DNA of 64,000 nt, taken from Eledone cirrhosa. Taxonomy: Eukaryota. The notes under the pieces are model-generated. The model saw nothing but the letters and a program-made list of their open reading frames with translations. It had not been told where the DNA came from and searched no databases. Where the stretch lies: contig OZ024741.1 in assembly GCA_964016885.1 (NCBI GenBank), positions 76,012,001 to 76,076,000 on the forward strand. Direction: 5' to 3'. Below are positions 38,722-51,349 of the stretch, in pieces; within the stretch, counting starts at the first letter, position 1, and each line of letters begins with the position of its first letter. The translations under genes and the position numbers were made by a program.

Positions 38722-41700
38722 ATGGAGACTAGAACGTCATGTTACAGACTCTCACCCAACAGGTGCCCCCTGGCTCAGCAGCAGGAACCTGACTGTCAAC
38801 CAAATACTGCTGATGTTGGAGGAAGGAGAAGAAGGAAAGGGGCCAGAACCAACTGGACGAAAGAATTGAATAGAACTGTTATGCAATGCTACCTGAAAAG
38901 TAACCCCAAGGAGAGGGGCTACAGGAGACGGATGCATAACATCTGGAACGAGATTGGTCTATTTAAATTAGATGAACAAAAATTGGCCGGGCAGGCTCGG
39001 GTAATAAGAACTAATGGGTGGATAAGCGAGCTGGAACTGGAGGAACTGAGCAGAGAGAATGGCTTGGAGATGGCGGGTGTAGTATGCCAGACAAGCGAGC
39101 CGGTGGGAAATGAAGGTGAGGAGGTCCTGAGAACGGAGGAACCACCCGAAGCAGACAATGATCTGAGTACTGAGATAAATAATACCTGGAACAGAGATAC
39201 GGCCACTGAGGAGATGAATGCTGACGGGCTAGGACAAGATTCGGTTGACATCCTAAATTTAGTGGTAGATGAATTGAACAATGATAGTGGGAGACCTATG
39301 AACCTAAGATTTGTAGACAGGAAAAAGTTAAAAGAAACAACAGCTAAGGTAAACAAAGTCATCCCATACCTTGAGGCGAGGAGCCTTCACCAGTGCAACA
39401 ATATCCTCAGAGCAACAGCAAATACGGTGAGGAAACTACTTGGTATAAAAGCGAGAGGAAACAACAGACAAGAAAGAGCAGAGCCGTGGTGGAAGAAGCG
39501 ACTGAGTGGGCAAATCGGGGAAATGAGAAATGACATAGGAAAGCTTGAGTCACTACTGAATGGGACACTAAAAAACATAGGCACTAAAAATAGACTGGAA
39601 ATAAAATACAAAACTAGGAGTAAAAAGCTAAATATTATCATAGAGGAATTGAAGCAACGCATTGTAGCAAAGAGTGCAAAAATCAGGCGATACGAGAACA
39701 GAGTCAGTCAGTATAAACAGAACCGCATGTTCGACAACAACCAGAAGATGCTGTTTGGACAGCTTGAGGGCAAAGAAAGAGGCAACGACTTGATCCCTGG
39801 GGCGGAGCAAACTAAAACATTCTGGAGAGGAATATGGGAGCAGGATGTTAGACACAATGCCCAGGCAGGGTGGATTGAGACAGTACAGAGGGAGATCGGT
39901 GAGCAGGCACAGCAACAGACTGATTTGAGTATCACAGTTGAAACTCTTAAGGGACAAGCCAAAAAACTAACCAACTGGAAATCGCCAGGCCCAGATGGTG
40001 TGCAGGGGTATTGGATTAAACATCTAACATCCCTCCACCCGAAGCTGACGGCCATGTTCAATGACTGCTTGGTGTCGGGTGAGGTGCCAGAGTGGTTGAC
40101 AAAAGGTACCACAGTTCTGATAATGAAAGACCGAATCAAGGGTAATGATGCTACCAACTATAGACCTATCACATGTCTGCCCGTAATGTGGAAACTGTTG
40201 ACGAGCATTGTGTCTGAGGAAATCTACCATCACCTCCACACAAACAACTTGTTACCGGACGAACAGAAAGGATGCCGAAAGAAGTCACGTGGTACAAAGG
40301 ACCAGTTGCTTATTGATAAGATGGTAATGGGGAATTGCAGGAGGAGACACACTGATCTTGCCATGGGATGGATAGACTACAGAAAGGCATTTGACATGGT
40401 GCCTCATTCCTGGATCACCAAAAGCCTGGAGATCTTCAGGGTGGCGGATAACATCAGACAGTTGCTAGGCAGGAGTATGGGGTCCTGGGAGACAGAGTTG
40501 ACATCAACTGGAGTATCCTTGGGAAGCGTGAAGATCAAGAGAGGTATCTTCCAGGGAGATAGCCTGTCCCCTCTGTTGTTTGTCCTTGCCCTGATGCCCT
40601 TGACTATTATGCTGTGAAAAGTGAGAGCAGGATACAAGTTGGGAAGGGGAGAGCTTACCATCAATCACCTCCTCTTCATGGACGATCTTAAGCTCTTCGG
40701 GAAAAGTGAGAAGGAGTTGGATGTGCTTGTTGACACTGTCCGTATTTTCAGCAGTGATATATGTATGCAGTTTGGTATTGGTAAATGTGGAGTCATTGTG
40801 ATGAAGAGGGGTAGGTTGAGCAGAAGTAACGGGATCCAGATACCAACAGGTGAGATGATAAAGGAAATTGACTCTGAGGAAGGATACAAGTATTTGGGCG
40901 TTCTGGAGGCTGATGGCATAAAGAACAAAAAAATGAAGGAATTGTTAAGAACTGAATACATTCGGAGAGTAAGGAGCGTATTGAAGTCACATCTGAACAG
41001 CAGAAATGCCATAAGCGCAGTAAATTCCCGAGCTGTGTCTATTATTAGGTACAGTGCGGGAATTCTGAGCTGGAATGTTGCTGAACAGAAAGAAATGGAT
41101 AGGAAGACTAGGAAGCTATTGACTATCTACAACATGTTCCACAAGAGGAGTGATGTCGATAGACTCTACCTAAGGAGATCTGAGGGTGGAAGAGGTCTTA
41201 TCAGCATAGAGGACTGTGTTCAGATGGAGAAAAACAACCTATACAAATACGTGACCTATAGTAAGGAGCCAATGCTCAGAGCTGTACTGAAGGAGGGGAC
41301 AGTAGGCCAGGGGATGTCCAGGGAGGAAATAACATCAAGGAGGAAGAGCAGCCTTAAGGGAAAACCCCTTCATAGTACCTTCTTTGAGAAAACTGAATTT
41401 AGAGATCCACAGACATGGAACTGGTTGAGAAGAGGAGACCTCAAAAAGGCTACAGAAGGAATGCTAATGGCTGCGCAGGAGCAGGCCCTCAAAACGAAGT
41501 GGTTGAAGCACCATATCTACAAGGAGGAGGCCAGCCCACTGTGCAGGATCTGTGGAGAGAGAGAGGAGACTGTGGCTCACATTGTGTCCGAGTGAAAACA
41601 CCTAGCCCAGACCCACTATAAGGGCTGGAGACACGATGTGATGGGCAGGGTGATCCACTGGCACCTGTACAAAGTAAACAATCTACCACATTCTGAGAAA

Positions 41701-42114
41701 TGGTATGAGCATAGGCCAGAGGCGGTGATGGAGAACAATCAGGTGAAGGTGCTGTGGGATTTTAGGATACAGACGGACAAAAAACTGGAACACAATAGAC
41801 CTGACCTGGTGGTTGTGGACAAAGAAAAAAGATCGTGCCTGATTGTGGATGTGGCCTGCCCGTTCGACACGAGAGTGCAAGAGAAGGAGAGGGAGAAAAT
41901 TAACCGATACCAGGACCTAAAGTGGGAGGTGAAAAGGATTTGGAACTGCCATGAAGTCAAAGTGATCCCGATTGTCATAGGCGCACTGGGGACTATCTCC
42001 AAAAGTTTCCAGGGATGGTTAAAGAAAATCGGCCCCTTCACGCTTTTTGGAACGCTTCAAAAGGCATGCTTGCTTGGAACAGCAAGAACCCTCCGATACG
42101 TCCTGAATATCTGA
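38722..42114 (+). pseudogene. Family A RT-CCHC-RLE ORF with two in-frame TGA stops
   Basis: One frame throughout. TGA at 40615 and 41593 where copy 2 has CGA and TGT. Motifs NYRPITCL, WIDYRKAFD, GIFQGD, FMDD, CRIC...H....(C), RHD and PD-(D/E)xK-type RPDLVVVD. Confidence 0.92.
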
Positions 42115-42200
42115 GGCTGCAGGTAGTGGCTTGATATTCAATCCAACGGACTTTCCAGTTAACCAACATCAATGACTGAGATTCAAGGAATAACAATAAC

Positions 42201-42239
<39 letters not shown>

Positions 42240-42242
<3 letters not shown>

Positions 42243-44999
42243 GAATGACAAAAACCTCCTGACAACGGGGGATATTTTGAAAATCTCTAAACATTTTTCA
42301 ATCCAACTGTGTGGCAAACTATCGAATGCTTTTTTATAATCTATCCAAGCAATCGATAGATTTTTGTGTCTATTATGACAATCTTCCAGTATCATTTTGT
42401 TAACAAAAAGCTGATCCTTACAGCCATATGAGCCTCGTTTACACCCTTTCTGCTCAATGGGAAATAGGTCATTTGTTATCAGGTGGTCATATGTGTATTC
42501 AGTTAGGACTGATGTTAAAATTTTATACATTGTAGTCAAGCAAGTTATCAGTCTGTAATTTTTGGGATTGTTTGTCTCATCATTCTTCGGAAGCAGGAAT
42601 GTAATGCCGTTAACTAGCCATGATGGTATCTTTTCTAGCTCCTTGAGCTGTTAGCCCAACTTTACAATGAAATAGTTAAGGAGCCAGAAAAGATACCATC
42701 ATGCCTAGTTAACGGCATTACATTACTGCTTCCGAAGAATGATGAGACAAACAATCCCAAAAATTACAGACCGATAACTTGCTTGACTACAATGTATAAC
42801 ATTTTAACATCAGTCCTAACTGAATACACATATGACCACCTGATAACAAATGACCTATTTCCCATTGAGCAGAAAGGGTGTAAACGAGGCTCATATGGCT
42901 GTAAGGATCAGCTTTTTGTTAACAAAATGATACTGGAAGATTGTCATAATAGACAGAAAAATCTATCGATTGCTTGGATAGATTATAAAAAAGCATTCGA
43001 TAGTTTGCCACACAGTTGGATTGAAAAATGTTTAGAGATTTTCAAAATATCCCCCGTTGTCAGGAGTTTTTTGTCATTCAGTATGAAGACATGGAAAACG
43101 ACACTCCTTTTGAATAGTGAAACAAAATCACTGGAAGCTGGAGAAGTTAATATTAATTGTGGAATTTTTCAGGGTGACTCTTTATCAGCGCTTTTATTCT
43201 GCATCGCACTTATACCATTAAGTAAAATGCTCAATGAAACAAAACATGGATATAAAGTCTATGACAAAACCATTAATCACTTGTTCTACATGGATGACCT
43301 GAAACTATTTGCAAAAAATGATGAACAATTGCAAGGGCTATTATCCACTGTGGAGCAGTTCAGTGATGACATTAAAATGGAGTTTGGACTAGATAAATGC
43401 GCCAAAGCAACGTTCACCAGAGGAAAGCTGCTGAAGAGTTCAGGCATTAATCTTGATCGGGGGAACGTGATAAGAGAACTTGATCAAGAAAAAACTTACA
43501 AATATCTAGGTGTTTGTGAAGGAGACGGGATCAAGCACTCGACAATGAGGGAAAGGATAAGGAAGGAATGTTACCGCAGAGTAAGAGCAATCTTAAGAAC
43601 GGAATTGAATGCAAGGAATAGGATCGATGCCATAAACACGCTTGCCATACCAGTAGTAACCTACAGTTACAATGTCATCAACTGGTCAAGCACAGAGATC
43701 CGTAGGCTCGATACAAAAATTCGAAAATTCTTAACCATGCACAGAATGCATCACCCTAAGGCAGATATAGATAGAATATATCTCCCTAGGAAAGAAGGAG
43801 GACGTGGGTTAATCCAGTTAGACATTGCGTTGAAAACTGCAACAATTGGATTATCTACATATCTAAGGGAATCACATGATTGGATGATCAAACTCGTTTT
43901 GAAACACGAAAGCATCAAAAATCATATTCCATTACAAAAGATGCACAAAGATACAGTAATGGACTACACATTTCAGAAGTCCCATTTACTGCTGAAATGG
44001 AAAACACAGAAAAAGCAAAGCAGGTAAAAGTAACTGCAAAGAAAGAACTGCTACAGAAACTGGCTAAGAAATGGCAAGAAAAGCCTCTGTATGGAAAATA
44101 CCCAGAGCGATCTAACAATCCTGATGTTGACAAAACTTTAACCCATCAGTGGTTGGCATCCTCTGGACTGAAATCGGAGACTGAAGGACTGATTATATCA
44201 GCACAAGATCAGTGTCTGCCAACAAAAAATTACCAAGCCAACATAATAAAAAATGGATGCAGCCCATTATGCCGTGTATGCAAAAAACAACCAGAGACCA
44301 TTGACCATATAATTTCAATGTGCAGTCCTATAGCTCCAACCGAATACCTAAACAGGCATGACAGAGCTGCACAATACATACATTGGATAATGTGTAAGCA
44401 TTTTGACCTGCCCCATCAAAAGAATTGGTGGGAGCATCAACCACCTCCCATACTTGAAAAAGATCACATCTCAATCTTGTGGAACTTTAGCATCCAAACA
44501 GACCGAAAAATAGATGCAAATAGACCTGATATAATATTGAAGGACATTAAAAAGAGGGTATGCCTGCTAATTGATATGTCTGTTCCAATATACAAGAATG
44601 TATCTATAAAAACATTTGAAAAATTGAGCAAGTATAAGGACCTGGAGATAGAAATTGGAAAAATGTGGAAATTGAGAACTAAAACAATACCAGTGGTTGT
44701 AGGCGCTCTGGGAATGATACCTAAGAGGTCTAATGATTACTTATCGCAAATCCCAGGAAACCCGCGTATAGGAGAAATACAAAAGATAGTACTAATGGGA
44801 ACTGCCCATATACTAAGGAAGATTCTGTCAATATAAGTACATCACAAGTCTAAACACTAAAGATGCATGTGTGAGTATGTATGTTCTTCCTTGAACATGG
44901 CGGACCTTGTTGTCTCTTGAGGTCACTGGTTGTGACTTGGTGATAACTCGTATGAACATAAAGCAAGATAAATGCAACTGTAATAATAATAATAATAAT
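42240..44999 (+). mobile_element. R4/Dong-type family B, 5'-truncated with ~405-bp inverted duplication at its 5' end
   Basis: Sense coding 42645-44836 (YMDD, CRVC, RHD, RPDII; frameshift near 43915). 42240-42644 is the reverse complement of 42678-43084. (TAA)n tail at 44982-44999. Confidence 0.9.
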
Positions 45000-47652
45000 C
45001 ATTGAAGACCCCCTGTCCATAGAAGAAGTTGAAAACTTCTGGAGTAAGATTTGGAGTGATGAGAAGACATATAATGCTCATGTAGATTGGATTAGTCGCC
45101 TGGAAAAATCCTACACAAAAATCCTACACAAATTTAGAAGAACAGGCGTGGGAAAACATCTCTATAGCGGACTTAAGGACAGCACTCAATAAATCTCATA
45201 AATGGAAATCTCCTGGTAGAGACAGGGTGCTAAATTTCTGACTTTCTTCACTCCCGTGCACTCACAATATATTGGTCAAGCTGTTTAATGGAATTATGGA
45301 AGATCAAAAAAATACACCTGATTGCATAGCAAGTGGCATTACCTACCTGCTACCAAAGAACAACGAAACCAAAGATCAAAAAAACTATCGACCATAACCT
45401 GCTTGTCCACCACTTATAAACTATTAACCTCTATTCTCATGGAAAAAGTATACGTGTTTTTGGAGAACAATCTTTTCCCCATTGAACAAAAAGGGTGCCG
45501 ACGAGGTTCTTATGGTTGCAAAGATCAACTTTTGATTAATTGTATGATCCTTGAGAACTGTCATAATAAACAGAGAAATCTCAGTTCTGCATGGATCGAT
45601 TATAAAAAAGCCTTTGACAGCATACCACACACATGGATTCTGAAATCACTGGACATTTTCAAAATCTCACCTGTGATCTCAAACTTCCTTAAAAACAATA
45701 TGTCATTATGGAACACAAATCTCCAATTGTCTCATTCCACTGGGGTACTGTGCTCTAGGAATATAAACATCAACTGTGGTATATTCCAGGGTGACTCACT
45801 TTCACCCTTGCTTTTCTGCATAGCTTTAATACCCCTTACATCCGAACTTAATAGAACAGGGTACGGTTATAGAATTGACAACAAAAAAATAAGCCACCTA
45901 TTTTATATGGATGATTTGAAGCTATATTGCAAAGATAATGACGAACTGGAAGGCCTTTTGCAAACAGTAAAAACGTTTAGCGATGACAACAGGATGGAGT
46001 TTGGACTTGACAAGTGTGCAAAAGCCACTTTCAAGAAGGGGAAGCTCGTCAACTCAGACTCAGTTGAATTGGATGCTGAAACAATCATAAAGAAACTTAA
46101 GCAGGAACAAACCTATAAATACTTAGGGATTAATGAGGGCTCTGGCATACAGCATGCAAGTATGATAGAGAGGATAAGGAAAGAATGTTACAGGAGAGTA
46201 CGTGCAGTTCTGAGATCAGAACTAAATGCTCGTAACAAGGTGCTAGGCATAAATTCCTTGGCAGTCCCAGTTGTCACTTATAGCTTCGGTGTGTTGAACT
46301 GGAATATGAGTGAAATCAATAGAATCGACACCAAAGTTCGTAAGCTACTGAGCTGTAATAGGATGAAACACCCAAAAGCAGATGTGGATCGTCTTTACTT
46401 TCCTAGAACTCAAGGAGGCCGTGGCCTGATCCAATTTGAACTTGCTTACAAGACCACCATCATTGGACTGGCCAAATACCTTGAAACAACTAACGACTAT
46501 ATGCTGAAACTTGTTGAAAAGCATGAGAGAAGTAAGAAGCTTCATTCTATCTTGAAGCAGAGCAAAAAATATGCTACTGATCTCATGCTTGATACCCAGG
46601 TTGGACAGACTAAAAAAACTGTTGCAACTGATGCTGCTAGGCACATAAAATCACTGGCAAAAGCAAAAGGGCAAGGACAATTAGCATCAAATTGGGAGCA
46701 GAAACCTTTGCATGGCAAATATGTGGCCCGTAGCAAACAAGCTGATGTTGACCAAAAGCACACCCATCAGTGGCTATGTAGTTCAGGGCTAAAGGCGGAG
46801 AGTGAAGACTTCATCTTAGCTGCCCAAGATCAAAGCTTATTGACTCGTAATTACCAGGCCAATGTGATGAGAAACGGAATAAACCCAAAGTTCCGATTCT
46901 GCAATGCTGAGGTTGAAACAGTGGATCACTTAGTCTCTGGATGTAAAGTTTTAGCACCAGTAGAATACAAATATAGACATGACAGAGTTGGCCAATATCT
47001 ACACTGGGTAATATGTCGGCATTACAAAATGAAAGCTGAAGACAGGTGGTACAATCATCACCCTGAGGCTGTAACTGAAGGAGAAAAAGTAACGATTCTC
47101 TGGGACTTTCCTGTACATACTGACAGGACCATAAAAGCAAATAGACCTGACATCATTGTAAAAGATCAACATAACAAGGTCTGTTTATTGATAGATATTA
47201 GTATCCCATGTGATCACAATATCGCGGCAAAAGAATTTGACAAGCTACGAAAATATAAAGATCTGCTTATTAAAATTGAGAAAATGTGGCACCTCAAGGC
47301 CGTTACAATACCAGTGATTGTGGGAGGACTGGGAATGATCAAGAAAGGAACAGAACAATATTTGCGAATGATTCCTGGTTTACCCTCTCTACACGAGGTG
47401 CAAAAAATTGTTTTGACTGGTACTGCACACGTATTGAGAAGAGCACTATCTCTGTAAGATTGATATCCCTCCTTGTATTTACATATGCATATGCACATGT
47501 GTATATATGTATAGTTCTTTCTTTTTTTAAAAATTATAATCGATGTGCTGTATTAACTGACTTACCAATGCACACTGTGAATTTATTTGCCCTAGGTGTC
47601 AGGACGACACTTGGCATATATCTCATAAAAAATAATGAAAGTAAATAAAAAC

Positions 47653-47694
<42 letters not shown>
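45000..47694 (+). mobile_element. R4/Dong-type family C, 5'-truncated
   Basis: ORF 45322-47457 with WIDYKKAFD, GIFQGD, YMDD, RHD and RPDIIV. Frameshifted at the 5' end. (AAT)n tail at 47652-47694. Confidence 0.9.
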
Positions 47695-47695
<1 letters not shown>

Positions 47696-47699
47696 TAGG

Positions 47700-50600
47700 G
47701 AATGCTACCTGAAAAGTAACCCCAAGGAGAGGGGCTACAGGAGACGGATGCATAACATCTGGAACGAGATTGGTTTATTTAAATTAGATGAACAAAAATT
47801 GGCCGGGCAGGCTCGGGTAATAAGAACTAATGGGTGGATAAGCGAGCTGGAACTGGAGGAACTGAGCAGAGAGAATGGCTTGGAGATGGCGGGTGTAGTA
47901 TGCCAGACAAGCGAGCCAGTGGGAAATGAAGGTGAAGAGGTCCTGAGAACGGAGGAACCACCCGAAGCAGACAATGATCTGAATACTGAGATAAATAATA
48001 CCTGGAACAGAGATACGGCCACTGAGGAGATGAATGCTGACGGGCTAGGACAAGATTCGGTTGACATCCTAAATTTAGTGGTAGATGAATTGAACAATGA
48101 TAGTGGGAGACCTATGAACCTAAGATTTGTAGACAGGAAAAAGTTAAAAGAAACAACAGCTAAGGTAAACAAAGTCATCCCATACCTTGAGGCGAGGAGC
48201 CTTCACCAGTGCAACAATATCCTCAAAGCAACAGCAAATACGGTGAGGAAACTACTTGGTATAAAAGCGAGAGGAAACAACAGACAAGAAAGAGCAGAGC
48301 CGTGGTGGAAGAAGCGACTGAGTGGGCAAATCGGGGAAATGAGAAATGACATAGGAAAGCTTGAGTCACTACTGAATGGGACACTAAAAAACATAGGCAC
48401 TAAAAATAGACTGGAAATAAAATACAAAACTAGGAGTAAAAAGCTAAATATTATCATAGAGGAATTGAAGCAACGCATTGTAGCAAAGAGTGCAAAAATC
48501 AGGCGATACGAGAACAGAGTCAGTCAGTATAAACAGAACCGCATGTTCGACAACAACCAGAAGATGCTGTTTGGACAGCTTGAGGGCAAAGAAAGAGGCA
48601 ACGACTTGATCCCTGGGGCGGAGCAAACTAAAACATTCTGGAGAGGAATATGGGAGCAGGATGTTAGACACAATGCCCAGGCAGGGTGGATTGAGACAGT
48701 ACAGAGGGAGATCGGTGAGCAGGCACAGCAACAGACTGATTTGAGTATCACAGTTGAAACTCTTAAGGGGCAGGCCAAAAAACTAACCAACTGGAAATCA
48801 CCAGGCCCAGATCGTGTGCAGGGGTATTGGATTAAACATTTAACATCCCTCCACCCGAAGCTGACGGCCATGTTCAATGACTGCTTGGTGTCGGGTGAGG
48901 TGCCAGAGTGGTTGACAAAAGGTACCACAGTTCTGATAATGAAAGACCGAATCAAGGGTAATGATGTTACCAACTATAGACCTATCACATGTCTGTCCGT
49001 AATGTGGAAACTGTTGACGAGCATTGTGTCTGAGGAAATCTACCATCACCTCCACACAAACAACTTGTTACCGGACGAACAGAAAGGATGCCGAAAGAAG
49101 TCACGTGGTACAAAGGACCAGTTGCTTATTGATAAGATGGTAATGGGGAATTGCAGGAGGAGACACACTGATCTTGCCATGGGATGGATAGACTACAGAA
49201 AGGCATTTGACATGGTGCCTCATTCCTGGATCACCAAAAGCCTGGAGATCTTCAGGGTGGCAGATAACATCAGACAGTTGCTAGGCAGGAGTATGGGGTC
49301 CTGGGAGACAGAGTTGACATCAACTGGAGTATCCTTGGGAAGCGTGAAGATCAAGAGAGGTATCTTTCAGGGAGATAGCCTGTCCCCTCTGTTGTTTGTC
49401 CTTGCCCTGATGCCCTTGACCATTATGCTGCGAAAAGTGAGAGCAGGATACAAGTTGGGAAGGGGAGAGCTTACCATCAATCACCTCCTCTTCATGGACG
49501 ATCTTAAGCTCTTCGGGAAAAGTGAGAAGGAGTTGGATGTGCTTGTTGACACTGTCCGTATTTTCAGCAGTGATATATGTATGCAGTTTGGTATTAGTAA
49601 ATGTGGAGTCATTGTGATGAAGAGGGGTAGGTTGAGCAGAAGTAACGGGATCCAGATACCAACAGGTGAGATGATAAAGGAAATTGACTCTGAGGAAGGA
49701 TACAAGTATTTGGGCGTTCTGGAGGCTGATGGCATAAAGAACAAAAAAATGAAGGAATTGTTAAGAACTGAATACATTCGGAGAGTAAGGAGCGTATTGA
49801 AGTCACATCTGAACAGCAGAAATGCCATAAGCGCAGTAAATTCCCGAGCTGTGTCTATTATCAGGTACAGTGCGGGAATTCTGAGATGGAATGTTGCTGA
49901 ACAAAAAGAAATGGATAGGAAGACTAGGAAGCTATTGACTATCTACAACATGTTCCACAAGAGGAGTGATGTCGATAGACTCTACCTAAGGAGATCTGAG
50001 GGTGGAAGAGGTCTTATCAGCATAGAGGACTGTGTTCAGATGGAGAAAAACAACCTATACAAATACGTGACCTATAGTAAGGAGCCAATGCTCAGAACTG
50101 TACTGAAGGAGGGGACAGTAGGCCAGGGGATGTCCAAGGAGGAAATAACATCAAGGAGGAAGAGCAGCCTTAAGGGAAAATCCCTTCATAGTACCTTCTT
50201 TGAGAAAACTGAATTTAGAGATCCACAGACATGGAACTGGTTGAGAAGAGGAGACCTCAAAAAGGCTACAGAAGGAATGCTAATGGCTGCGCAGGAGCAG
50301 GCCCTCAAAACGAAGTGGTTGAAGCACCATATCTACAAGGAGGAGGCTAGCCCACTGTGCAGGATCTGTGGAGAGAGAGAGGAGACTGTGGCTCACATTG
50401 TGTCCGAGTGTAAACACCTAGCCCAGACCCACTATAAGGGCTGGAGACACGATGTGATGGGCAGGGTGATCCACTGGCACCTGTGCAAAGTCAACAATTT
50501 ACCACATTCTGAGAAATGGTATGAGCATAGGCCAGAGGCGGTGATGGAGAACAATCAGGTGAAGGTGCTATGGGATTTTAGGATACAGACGGACAAAAAA

Positions 50601-51034
50601 CTGGAACACAATAGACCTGACCTGGTGGTTGTGGACAAAGAAAAAAGATCGTGCCTGATTGTGGATGTGGCCTGCCCGTTCGACACGAGAGTGCAAGAGA
50701 AGGAGAGGGAGAAAATTAACCGATACCAGGACCTAAAGTGGGAGGTGAAAAGGATTTGGAACTGCCATGAAGTCAAAGTGATCCCGATTGTCATAGGCGC
50801 ACTGGGGACTATCTCCAAAAGTTTCCAGGGATGGTTAAAGAAAATCGGCCCCTTCACGCTTTTTGGAACGCTTCAAAAGGCATGCTTGCTTGGAACAGCA
50901 AGAACCCTCCGATACGTCCTGAATATCTGAGGCTGCAGGTAGTGGCTTGATATTCAATCCAACGGACTTTCCAGTTAACCAACATCAATGACTGAGATTC
51001 AAGGAATAACAACAATAATAATAATAATAATAAT
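47700..51034 (+). mobile_element. R4/Dong-type family A copy 2, 5'-truncated
   Basis: Starts at the position equivalent to ~38886 of copy 1, near-identical to it, with an (AAT)n tail. Confidence 0.92.
47748..50930 (+). CDS. Uninterrupted 1060-aa RT + CCHC zinc finger + restriction-like endonuclease (native N-terminus missing)
   Basis: ORF track. Motifs FMDD, CRICGEREETVAHIVSEC, RHD, RPDLVVVDKEKRSCLIVDV and KINRY. Confidence 0.85.
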   Translation: MHNIWNEIGLFKLDEQKLAGQARVIRTNGWISELELEELSRENGLEMAGVVCQTSEPVGNEGEEVLRTEEPPEADNDLNTEINNTWNRDTATEEMNADGLGQDSVDILNLVVDELNNDSGRPMNLRFVDRKKLKETTAKVNKVIPYLEARSLHQCNNILKATANTVRKLLGIKARGNNRQERAEPWWKKRLSGQIGEMRNDIGKLESLLNGTLKNIGTKNRLEIKYKTRSKKLNIIIEELKQRIVAKSAKIRRYENRVSQYKQNRMFDNNQKMLFGQLEGKERGNDLIPGAEQTKTFWRGIWEQDVRHNAQAGWIETVQREIGEQAQQQTDLSITVETLKGQAKKLTNWKSPGPDRVQGYWIKHLTSLHPKLTAMFNDCLVSGEVPEWLTKGTTVLIMKDRIKGNDVTNYRPITCLSVMWKLLTSIVSEEIYHHLHTNNLLPDEQKGCRKKSRGTKDQLLIDKMVMGNCRRRHTDLAMGWIDYRKAFDMVPHSWITKSLEIFRVADNIRQLLGRSMGSWETELTSTGVSLGSVKIKRGIFQGDSLSPLLFVLALMPLTIMLRKVRAGYKLGRGELTINHLLFMDDLKLFGKSEKELDVLVDTVRIFSSDICMQFGISKCGVIVMKRGRLSRSNGIQIPTGEMIKEIDSEEGYKYLGVLEADGIKNKKMKELLRTEYIRRVRSVLKSHLNSRNAISAVNSRAVSIIRYSAGILRWNVAEQKEMDRKTRKLLTIYNMFHKRSDVDRLYLRRSEGGRGLISIEDCVQMEKNNLYKYVTYSKEPMLRTVLKEGTVGQGMSKEEITSRRKSSLKGKSLHSTFFEKTEFRDPQTWNWLRRGDLKKATEGMLMAAQEQALKTKWLKHHIYKEEASPLCRICGEREETVAHIVSECKHLAQTHYKGWRHDVMGRVIHWHLCKVNNLPHSEKWYEHRPEAVMENNQVKVLWDFRIQTDKKLEHNRPDLVVVDKEKRSCLIVDVACPFDTRVQEKEREKINRYQDLKWEVKRIWNCHEVKVIPIVIGALGTISKSFQGWLKKIGPFTLFGTLQKACLLGTARTLRYVLNI

Positions 51035-51348
51035 AGAGAGCTAAAACATTACCAGTGGTTGTAGGTGCTCTATGAATGATACCTAAGGGGTCTAATGATT
51101 ACTTATCCCAAATCCCAAGAAACCCACATACAGAAGAAATACAGAAGATAGTACTAATGGGAACTGCCCATATACTAAGGAAAATTCTGTCGATATAAGT
51201 ATATCAAAACACCCAAAGATAAATGTTTGTGTGTGTATGAGTTTTTCTTGAACATGGCAGACCTTGTTGTCTCTTGAGGTCATTGGTTGTGACTTGGTGT
51301 TAACTCATATGAACATAAAGCAAGATAAATGAAAAAAAAAATAATAAT
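51035..51348 (+). mobile_element. R4/Dong family B-like 3' remnant
   Basis: Diverged copy of 44675-44970 (IQKIVLMGTAHILRKILSI*). Confidence 0.85.
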
Positions 51349-51349
51349 A

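Larger units (their letters stand above)
36967..42240 (+). mobile_element. R4/Dong-type element family A copy 1 (probably full length; 5' boundary uncertain)
   Basis: Lies between (AAT)n runs. ~1.75 kb upstream region, single long reading frame, short 3' UTR and (AAT)n tail. Confidence 0.85.

Noticed and set aside
40615-41595. Programmed readthrough or selenocysteine at the two TGA codons of family A copy 1
   Set aside because: Copy 2 has CGA and TGT at these sites, so they are private nonsense mutations.
38919-50857. Antisense ORFs of 100-150 aa over the retrotransposon ORFs
   Set aside because: Shadow frames of the coding strand.
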